Shown: positions 23,494 through 32,400 of the stretch, in pieces | Layout of the letters: every line of letters begins with the position of its first letter | Position numbering within the stretch: the stretch's first letter is position 1 | Virus record (IMG/VR): IMGVR_UViG_3300025687_000153 | Span: 1 to 35,421 of that record | DNA length: 35,421 nucleotides | Reading direction: 5' to 3' (one strand) | From: a virus | Lineage: Duplodnaviria > Caudoviricetes | Made by a program: the position numbers and the translations under genes | The notes under the pieces: generated by a model | Database searches by the model: none | Told to the model about the DNA's origin: nothing | What the model saw: the letters and a program-made list of their open reading frames with translations, nothing else

Positions 23494-26159
23494 TGCCCAA
23501 AGCTAGTCCAATTCAAACCAGTTTTAATGCAGGTGAACTATCTCCACTTCTTGAGGGAAGGGTGGATATAAACAAGTACAGTAATGGTTGCTATGAAATG
23601 CAGAACATGCTTGCAACTGTTCAAGGGCCAGCATTTAAAAGACCCGGAACAAAGTTCATTCAGTCGGTCAAAACCGCTGGAAATAGAACTGCATTGATTC
23701 CCTTCAGAGTCTCAAGAGATACCAACTATATTATTGAGGTTGGCGATCAATACATGAGGTTCTACACAAACCGTGGTTATATCACTGCTTCTGAGATTGC
23801 TACAGTTTACGATCAAGCAGACTTGTTTGATTCGGACAACATTTTTAGAATTGACTATGTTCAATCTGGTGATGTTATGTATTTGGTGCATCCAAGTTAC
23901 CCGATCCAGAAACTCACAAGAACAAGTGCAACGACTTTTTCAATTGCTCAGCTTGATCCTACAGGTGGACCATTTCAAAGGCTGAACACAGGGACGAATA
24001 CAATCTATGCGAGTGCTGAAACAGGCTCAGTTACTTTGACTGCTGGCTCTGCTTTGTTTACTGCGGACATGGTTGGGAGTCTTGTCTATTTGCAAGAGCA
24101 AAGCATCATTGATGTAGAACCCTGGCAGACCAACGCTTTTTATGCCAAGGGTGACAGAGCAAAGTCTGATGGTAAAAACTATGAGGCTTTTGTTAATGGT
24201 GGTTCAGAATACAGCGCAAAGACAATTACAGGTATAACTAAGCAGGACCCTGCTGTCGTTACAACTTCAGGAGCGCATGGATATTCCAACGGTGATTTTG
24301 TTCGTATTGCTTCCGTTGGTGGGATGACAGAATTAAATGATAGAGTTTTTGAGATTCAAGCGGTGACTAGCACTACATTTGAATTGAAGAATGAAGATAG
24401 CACACATTACACCACTTATACTTCAGGAGGCACAAGTACACTTGGCACTAAGTCAGAAGTGGTTAGACCAGTGCATACAGAAGGGGAGCAGTCAGATGGG
24501 CCAGATGGGGTTAAGTGGACTTATAGAGACTATGGTGCAGGAGTCGTCAAAATTACCGCTTTCTCAAGCACTACTTCGGTCACTGCTACTGTTATTGACA
24601 GGCTTCCTTCTGGGGTGGTTGGTGCATCAAATGCTTCAACTCGTTGGGCATTAGGCAAGTTTTCTATCGAGAATGGCTTCCCTGAAAAGGTTAGTTTCTT
24701 TCGTGAGAGGCTTTGTTTTGCCAAGGGTCAAGAGATTGACTTCTCTGTTGTTGGAGACTTTGAGAACTTTAGAGCTACCGATTTTGGCGAGGTTACTACA
24801 GAGAGTGCATTTACTGTTCGATTAAATTCGGATCGCATCAATGATATTGAATGGCTTTCTCCAGGTGATTCATTACTTGCAGGAACAACGGGAGCAGAGT
24901 TTGCAGTCAGCGAGATAACCACAAGTGAAACATTTGGGCCAACAAACAGCCAAGTGAGTCAACAAAGTCAACTTGGAAGCAGACCAATTAAGCCTATTAA
25001 GATAAACGATTCTACTCTTTTCATTGATGCTTCCGGATTGAACTTTACACAGTTTCAATTCTCTTTTGAATCGGAACAATATCGAGAGAATGAATTGAAT
25101 ATTCTGGCAGAGCACATTACAGAGGGTGGATTGATTTCGAGTGCTTATCAGCAGAATCCAGACAGAATCATTTGGTTTGTTCGATCTGATGGTGTTTTGA
25201 TTTCTTGCACATACAATCAAAGTCAGGACGTTACAGCATGGGCAAAGCATGTTATTGGTGGTTCTGATGTTGTTGTGGAAAGTATCGCCGTGATTCCTAC
25301 TCCTGATGGTAGATCTGATGAACTTTATTTGATTGTCAGTAGAACTATTGACGGTTCGACTACTCGCTATATTGAGTATTTGGATCAAAAGTTTTCTAGT
25401 TCAGCATTGAGCGAGGATGCCTGGTTTGTCGATTCTGGATTAAGTCTAAGCTACACAGCGACAACAATTTCAGGTGCAACAAATGCAAACCCTTGCGTGG
25501 TAACTACTTCAAGCGCACATGGATTATCAACTGGTCAAACTGTTAAAATTTACAATGTTGAAGGGCTAACAGAAATCAATGGAAACTGGACAGTCACAGT
25601 ATTGAGCACTACTACCTTTGAAATTGACGGATTGGATACCACTAATTTTGATGTTTATACAAGCGGTGGTTTTGTCAGAAGAACAGTAACTTCTATTAGT
25701 GGGCTTTCTCACTTAGAGGGCGAAACTGTAAAGATTTGGGCAGACGGCGCAACTTTACCCGATGAAACCGTATCCAGTGGTGCAATAACTCTTGATGAGC
25801 CAAGTAGTAACATCATTATTGGTCTTGGTTATAGTGCCATTCTAACAACAATGAGAGTTGATGCAGGTGCAGCCGATGGAACAAGCCAAGGCAAGACAAA
25901 AAGAGTTAATAATGTGACTGTAAGACTCTATAGAACTATTGGGTTAAAGTATGGGCCTGAAGGTGGGACACAAGACACAGCCGATACAAGAACCTTTCAA
26001 GATAACTTTGATGAAGGGATACCTTTGTTCACTGGTGATTTGTTTTTATTGTGGCCTGGAAACTCAGAGAAGAAAGCAAGATTGAAGTTTGAAAGTTCTG
26101 ATCCTGCACCATTTACTCTGATTGCAATAATGCCACAGCTACACACTCAGGATAGATAG
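23493..26159 (+). CDS. Tail tubular protein B (nozzle, T7 gp12-like) with two FCCH-like inserted domains
   Basis: QTSFNAGELSP, KRPGT, QSGDVMYLVHP, FFRERL, GLSHLEGETV. Confidence 0.92.
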   Translation: MPKASPIQTSFNAGELSPLLEGRVDINKYSNGCYEMQNMLATVQGPAFKRPGTKFIQSVKTAGNRTALIPFRVSRDTNYIIEVGDQYMRFYTNRGYITASEIATVYDQADLFDSDNIFRIDYVQSGDVMYLVHPSYPIQKLTRTSATTFSIAQLDPTGGPFQRLNTGTNTIYASAETGSVTLTAGSALFTADMVGSLVYLQEQSIIDVEPWQTNAFYAKGDRAKSDGKNYEAFVNGGSEYSAKTITGITKQDPAVVTTSGAHGYSNGDFVRIASVGGMTELNDRVFEIQAVTSTTFELKNEDSTHYTTYTSGGTSTLGTKSEVVRPVHTEGEQSDGPDGVKWTYRDYGAGVVKITAFSSTTSVTATVIDRLPSGVVGASNASTRWALGKFSIENGFPEKVSFFRERLCFAKGQEIDFSVVGDFENFRATDFGEVTTESAFTVRLNSDRINDIEWLSPGDSLLAGTTGAEFAVSEITTSETFGPTNSQVSQQSQLGSRPIKPIKINDSTLFIDASGLNFTQFQFSFESEQYRENELNILAEHITEGGLISSAYQQNPDRIIWFVRSDGVLISCTYNQSQDVTAWAKHVIGGSDVVVESIAVIPTPDGRSDELYLIVSRTIDGSTTRYIEYLDQKFSSSALSEDAWFVDSGLSLSYTATTISGATNANPCVVTTSSAHGLSTGQTVKIYNVEGLTEINGNWTVTVLSTTTFEIDGLDTTNFDVYTSGGFVRRTVTSISGLSHLEGETVKIWADGATLPDETVSSGAITLDEPSSNIIIGLGYSAILTTMRVDAGAADGTSQGKTKRVNNVTVRLYRTIGLKYGPEGGTQDTADTRTFQDNFDEGIPLFTGDLFLLWPGNSEKKARLKFESSDPAPFTLIAIMPQLHTQDR

Positions 26160-26162
26160 ATA

Positions 26163-26621
26163 ATGTATTCTTTTGAGAGATTTAAGGCAGAACATATTCT
26201 TGAGATGGAAGTCCACGAAAGCCAGAGTTTTAAGCTTGACGGAACCACTAAGGAAGAGTGCTTGGAAGCTTACAAACAAGCAGAGAGTTTCAATCAAGTG
26301 GTGAAGCCACAAACAATTCGGATCAGAAATAAAATCATTGCTTGCATGGGTCTTTTGAATCTGTCCCCTTGGCGTGGAGAAGTTTGGTCAGTGATGGGAA
26401 AAGACTCAGGTGATCACATGGTTTGCATCACAAGAGAAGCAAAGAACATGATTGAAGAAGCTCAAGAGCATGGAGTGCATAGGCTGGAATCTATCGTTGA
26501 TATGGATTTTAAAGAGGGGCACAAGTGGATGACACTGTTAGGTTTTACTCCAGACGGGATTCTGAGGTGTTATAATCAAAACAAGTCTGATGTATTGATG
26601 TATTCAAAGGTGGTGAAGTAA
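26163..26621 (+). CDS. GNAT-fold protein (T7 gp13-like position)
   Basis: HRLESIV...GHKWMTLLGFTPDGILRCY and synteny. Confidence 0.75.
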   Translation: MYSFERFKAEHILEMEVHESQSFKLDGTTKEECLEAYKQAESFNQVVKPQTIRIRNKIIACMGLLNLSPWRGEVWSVMGKDSGDHMVCITREAKNMIEEAQEHGVHRLESIVDMDFKEGHKWMTLLGFTPDGILRCYNQNKSDVLMYSKVVK

Positions 26622-27211
26622 TGGGAGTTCCTCAACTTTTACTTGCTTCTACTGCTGTCAGTGCTTACGGGTCTTACCAACAAGGCAAAGCGCAAGCAAG
26701 ACAATATCAGGCTCAAGCTCAGATTGCACAAAGACAGTCAGAAGCAGAAGCGAGAAACTACGAAAGACAAGTCCAAACTGATTTGTTTAATGCCAAACTT
26801 GCAGAACTTGATGCTCAGTCTGTCATGGCTGCTACTGGTGCAAATGAAGATACTCAAAGAAGACAAGCCCGACAGATTCTAGCTGCTCAACGTGGCGCAA
26901 TGATTCAGGCTGGTACTGCTGATACTTTCTCAGGACAGATGCTTTTGGATCAAAGCTTAATGGAAGCTGAAAGAGATGCTCTCAATATCCGTTATCAGGG
27001 AATCATGGAAGCAAGGAACATCGAGCAAGAAGCCCAGAATCTTAGAATGAGCGCAGAACAAGCAGAGATAAACGCCCAGACTGCTAGAGCATTGGGTACT
27101 GCTGGTGCTGCAAATCTGCAAGCAAGCGCAACAAGCGCAAGACGAGCAGGAACAATGGGTGCAGCTACTCAGTTGCTTGGTGGTTATTACCAATACAAAA
27201 AGGGAAGATAA
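26621..27211 (+). CDS. Internal virion/ejection protein (gp14-like)
   Basis: Ala/Gln-rich and helical with hydrophobic termini; synteny. Confidence 0.8.
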   Translation: MGVPQLLLASTAVSAYGSYQQGKAQARQYQAQAQIAQRQSEAEARNYERQVQTDLFNAKLAELDAQSVMAATGANEDTQRRQARQILAAQRGAMIQAGTADTFSGQMLLDQSLMEAERDALNIRYQGIMEARNIEQEAQNLRMSAEQAEINAQTARALGTAGAANLQASATSARRAGTMGAATQLLGGYYQYKKGR

Positions 27212-29400
27212 TGCCTAGAATCCCTACATATCAATCAAGAATCAATGCTCCAGGCGCACAAAGAAGCACTAGACTTCAGCCACAACAAGAGATTACCAAT
27301 CTCAATGTGCCATTAGTTCAAGACACGACAGGCGAAAGAACACAGATGATCGGGAGTGCTCTTGGTAATGCTGCAATGATTTTAAAGCAGAAAGAAGACA
27401 GGGACGGGAAACTCCGAGCAATGGAGAAGTCCAGTCAGCTTGAAGTGGATTTCACTGACTTCATGCGACAAAAGGAACTAGAGGCTACTGGTTCCGCTAC
27501 TGGATTCACTAAACAAATGTCAGATGATTTTGACTCCAGATATGATGAATTGATAAGCAATGCATCTAATCAAGCTGAAAAGATAGCTTTAAAAGACGCA
27601 CAAAGAAGAGCAAAGAAAAGTTTTTTGATTAGGGCTCAACAATTTGAGTTTAACAAGAACTTGGAGTTTATCCAGGGAAGCCTCACCAAAACAGGCGAAA
27701 ACTTCAATACACAAGTCTATCAAGATCCGAATTTGTTCGGTGTAAAGTCTGCTGAGTTCCAAGAGTTGATTGATTCTCAAGACCTGCCAGAAGGCACTAA
27801 GCAGAAGATGAAAGACCAGTACATAAATGCTATGGGCTATTCTGCTGGAATGAGAATGGCAGAGTTTAATCCTGATGCTGTTGTTGAGCAAACCAAGCAA
27901 GGGCAAGAGTTGCCAGCATGGGCTAGAGCACTTGATCCTAAGCAGGTGCAAGCTATTAGGAATAAGGCATTGAGCGTAAACCGTGGAAACATGGTTAGTA
28001 ATAACGAGGGATTTAAAAGAGAAATTGATAATTCAATCGCTCAAATGGAAGACGGATTACCACCTGATATTAGACCTAGTATTGAGCAGTTTAAGGCCGC
28101 ATTTCCTAAGACTTGGGAAGATAAATACCTGAACTTTAAAACCGCTGAGCAATTTCAAGATGCCTTTTTTAATATCCAGCAATTATCACCTGTTGAAACA
28201 GAATCATATATTGAAAACTTCAAGCCGAAAAAGGGTGATGTTAATTATGCGAAGAAGCAAGAATACTTCACGAAACTAGAAAACGCAGCGCAAGACAAAG
28301 CCAGAATGATAGAGGAAAATCCAGTTGGTTTAGTTTCTCGCTTTGATCCAAAGTCCGAAGAATTAGAGAGAGCATGGCTAACAGCTCCAGAAGGAAATCA
28401 AAAGGCTATAGCTTTTCAGCAATATGCACAAAGGATGAAGGGCCAGCAAGCTTATCTTGGTAGAACCGATGCAAAGTTGCTTACTCCTAAAATTGAAGAG
28501 TCTTTAATTCAACAAGGAAATTCATTACTTGAGAAAAACCCACCCGAATACTTACTCCATTTGGATCGTTTAAAGCTTCAATCAGGGGATTATTGGCCTC
28601 AAGTGTTCAAGCAGATTTCAAGCAATCCTTCATTCCCTGACGTTGGAAAAATCCTTACTTCTATTTCTGATGTAAACGCAAGGACTGCACTTGCTCAATA
28701 TGACAGTATTTCAACTAATGAGATATTTAAGGACAACAAAGACCAGAGGCAGACAATTGCTGATGCAATACAATCCAGTGAAAGTTTTCAGAACTTTGCA
28801 ATGTCTTTAAATTCTCAAGCAAACGGCCCACAGGTTGAGCAGGTTTATCGAAAGTACATTGAAAGATATGCTGGTATTCTTGCGATTCAGAACAAAGGTA
28901 ATAATACTTGGTATGACTCATTCACGGCTGGAAATGAAGGCGTTGAAAAAGCGATTGAATCCATGATCGACAAAGATTATGCCTTTACTCAGTTCAAGAC
29001 AAATCCATCCTTGAGAATACCCAGAAAGTTTGAAAAAAATACAATAGGGCAACTCCAGCCAATGATAGACAAGATTCTATCTGATGGGGTTAGTTTGTTT
29101 ACTGATAACTTTTCAGTGTACGACAAAGAGAAATTGAAAGAATTTACAAAAGAGCAAGCTTTGAAGTCTTCTACGTGGGTTCCTGTTTCTGGTGAGAAAG
29201 GTTTGCAACTTGTGATTAGAACAGACGCAGGAGTATACAAGCCACTAAGAGACAAAGAAGGAAACAAGATTGTGAAGTCTTGGGACGATTTTAATACTCT
29301 TAGATTGAACAAGAGAAAGAGTTATAGAAAGGAAGCAGAGGAATACATGCAGCAAATCTATCGTGAAGAAATTTCAGGCTCAAGGTATGGTTTAGAATGA
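27211..29400 (+). CDS. Internal virion/ejection protein (gp15-like)
   Basis: MPRIPTY N-terminus, 729 aa helical; synteny. Confidence 0.75.
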   Translation: MPRIPTYQSRINAPGAQRSTRLQPQQEITNLNVPLVQDTTGERTQMIGSALGNAAMILKQKEDRDGKLRAMEKSSQLEVDFTDFMRQKELEATGSATGFTKQMSDDFDSRYDELISNASNQAEKIALKDAQRRAKKSFLIRAQQFEFNKNLEFIQGSLTKTGENFNTQVYQDPNLFGVKSAEFQELIDSQDLPEGTKQKMKDQYINAMGYSAGMRMAEFNPDAVVEQTKQGQELPAWARALDPKQVQAIRNKALSVNRGNMVSNNEGFKREIDNSIAQMEDGLPPDIRPSIEQFKAAFPKTWEDKYLNFKTAEQFQDAFFNIQQLSPVETESYIENFKPKKGDVNYAKKQEYFTKLENAAQDKARMIEENPVGLVSRFDPKSEELERAWLTAPEGNQKAIAFQQYAQRMKGQQAYLGRTDAKLLTPKIEESLIQQGNSLLEKNPPEYLLHLDRLKLQSGDYWPQVFKQISSNPSFPDVGKILTSISDVNARTALAQYDSISTNEIFKDNKDQRQTIADAIQSSESFQNFAMSLNSQANGPQVEQVYRKYIERYAGILAIQNKGNNTWYDSFTAGNEGVEKAIESMIDKDYAFTQFKTNPSLRIPRKFEKNTIGQLQPMIDKILSDGVSLFTDNFSVYDKEKLKEFTKEQALKSSTWVPVSGEKGLQLVIRTDAGVYKPLRDKEGNKIVKSWDDFNTLRLNKRKSYRKEAEEYMQQIYREEISGSRYGLE

Positions 29401-32400
29401 TCTTTGCTGGTGATGTTATATCCCCTACTCAAGAAGTAGACGTTTCAGACTTTCAATCAAGTCTTGGCGAGGTTTCTGCTGCTGGTCTTAATTTAGCTTA
29501 TGAGTCTGGCCTGGCTTGGTCTGGTGCAATCAATACAGGTTTAACAGGCCAAAGCACTTACGGGCTATCTGCTCCTGACTCCCCCATGTTTGACCATGAC
29601 ACAGCTCTACAACATGTGAAGAATGCAGGACTTTCTTTTGATGTTCCCGTTGAAGGTGTATCAAGGGCAACTCTTGACTTGATGATTCAAAGAAAACGCA
29701 ATCAACAAAAGTATATGTCCATCATCAATCGTGGTGGTACAGGCTCAAGCGTTGCTGCTTTAGCTGGCGGTTTCGTTGGTGCAATGGCTGATCCTGCTGC
29801 AATTCCTTTTATGTTTACTCCAGTTCCCATTCTTACTGCTAGGCTTACAAGTAGGCTTGCAATGACAGAGGGAATTCTTGGAAGGGCTGCAATACGTGCC
29901 CAGATGGGGGCTGCTGAAGGTACTCTTGGTGCTGCATTGATGGAGCCTTTGCTTGCTTCTAATCTCAAGCAATTAGGTGATGACTATACAATGATGGATT
30001 CCCTTGCCAATGTTTCTTTTGGTGCTATCGCAGGTGGGATACTTGGCCCTGGAGTTGGTGCATTAGGTGACTTCATTGAAACAAGTTTTCTTGGAAAGAC
30101 TCTTGGAAAAGAAGGGTTCAAGGAATTTATGCCTGAATGGGAAACGCGGGCAAAAAGTATGCTCAATGATTTACCAGAAATTAGAAAGCAGATTGATGGT
30201 AAATTTTATGGAGAGTTGGCAGAGGTTATATCAATTCTTGAAAAGCCTGATTTACAGCCTGATGAATTTTTTGTGGCAATGTCGAGAATAGATAACTTGA
30301 AGAGAGCAACACAGCTTCAAGAACCGACTCAGCCACTAAGGGAAGGACTACCTTCTGAGATTTCAGCAATTAGAGAAGATGGTACTTTGTCTCCTTGGAT
30401 TTTCGATAATGAGTTTAGGGAAGCTGTTTGGAAAAATTTAGACGATGTTAGCCAACAGGCATATCGAAACACTTTAGATTCTAGTGTTGCTCCTGATTCT
30501 GTTATTGCCGATCCAAAGACATTGAATCCAGACAGAGTATCAATTGACTCGGTTGCTCAAGTGATGCAATCAAAGACTGATGATTTGACTGGAGACTTGA
30601 AAAAAGAAAGAGAAGCCCTTGAAGCTTTCAATGCTGATAGAAGCATCTATTCTCAGAATGCGAGTATTTTAGACAAAATTGCAAATGCAAGTCCTGAGAT
30701 AAAATCCAAAGCTTTTGAGATTGCGGTTAATCAAGTTAAAGAGAACAGGCCAATTGATATTTCTTCAGTGTTTGAATTTGGAGAAGGTAAGATCTCAGGC
30801 CAAGAACTTAACAAGAGAGTTCAAGAATCATTCAATGACAAGGCTAGTGAAAAAGCTGCCATTGAGATTGAAGAGAATGTTTCCAAGATGCCTGATGAGT
30901 TGGACGTTGAATACTTTGACAAGGCAATCAAAGAGAGAGAAGAAAGAGTTTCCAAGATTGTTGATAGTTTGGAAGAGGTAGAGCCTGAAGGTATTGAAAT
31001 AGAGAAAGCACCAGATACTCTTCTTGATGAAATCAAAGCCTCTGAAATTCCTGATTCTGAAAAGAAAGCCACAATTGATTTTCTTGAAAGAATGAATCCA
31101 AAGTACATGGAAAATCTAGCGGTTGAGATTGGTATACCTGGAGAGTTTCAAGGGCAATTTATACCAGACTTCCGAAGAAGAACCATTCAAATATTCAACA
31201 AAGCTATTTCACAAAAGAGATTCGATAGAACTTTTATTCATGAATTCTGGCACAGTCTTTCCCAGTATTTGCCTGATGATTCTGTCAAAGCCGTTGAAAT
31301 TGAATTTAAGAAAGCAAGACAAAAGTTTGTTGACTTAAATCCATACTTTGAACCGTTCATTGGTGCAGATGGTAATGTAAAAAGAGAGCTTCTAGGGAAC
31401 GATTACCGTAAGTTTTTGAATCAGTTCCCGAACTGGAAAGAGCAATTTCCTAACAAGCTTCAGAAAGTTAGAGACGGCGTAAGGCTTCTTGCTAACGACG
31501 AGAACTATAGATACTTCAATCTTGATGAATACTTTGCGGAAACAATGGTTGATCGGACTTTTGATCCAAGACAATTGAATCCTGAGGTTGGTGGAGTATG
31601 GCAATCAATCAAGAACTTCTTTCAGAATGCTTATGATTCAATCCTTCGTGCAATGGGTAAGCAAGACACAGGAGTTATCTTTAGAGACTTTATCCGTGGT
31701 CGATATGATGGATTGCAGAGGGAAGGATTAGCTGATTTAAAACTAGATTTAGATTCTCCTGAATTTGATGACTTAGATGTATCATTGATTGAGAGACCTG
31801 ATGAAATTGTGCTTGCAAAAATAGTAGTCCCTAAATCTAGGAGGGGTGAAGGTCTTGGAACTTTATACATGGAAAACCTTATAACTAAGGCAGACCAAGA
31901 AGGAAAAAGAATTGTACTAAGTCCATCTAAAGACTTTGGAGCATCGAGCGTTTCAAGATTGAAGGAATTTTATAATCGTTTTGGTTTTGTAGAAAACAAA
32001 GGTAAAAACAAAGATTTTAGTATTTCTGAATCAATGTATCGCAATCCAGAGCCTCAAGTCCTTAGAATGGACACAGAATCCCCAGAATTCAAAAACTGGT
32101 TCGGCGATTCCAAAGTAGTTGATGAAGATGGTAAGCCTCTTGTTGTTTATCATGGGAGTCCTGTAGAAAATATAGAAGCCTTTGAAATACCAAGAGCAAG
32201 GAAGTTTAAGGAGGATAAATTTTTAACTAGAAGTTTAGGAATATTTTTAACCGAAAATAAAAAAACTGCTTCTAAGTATAAAAAGGAAAAAATATATAGG
32301 TCATTCCCTAGAGATGGGAGGTTATACGAGAATTACCTATCTCTAAAAAACCCAAAAGTTTTTGAAACTGACTTCATTAAAACAAAAAATGGTAAGAGAG

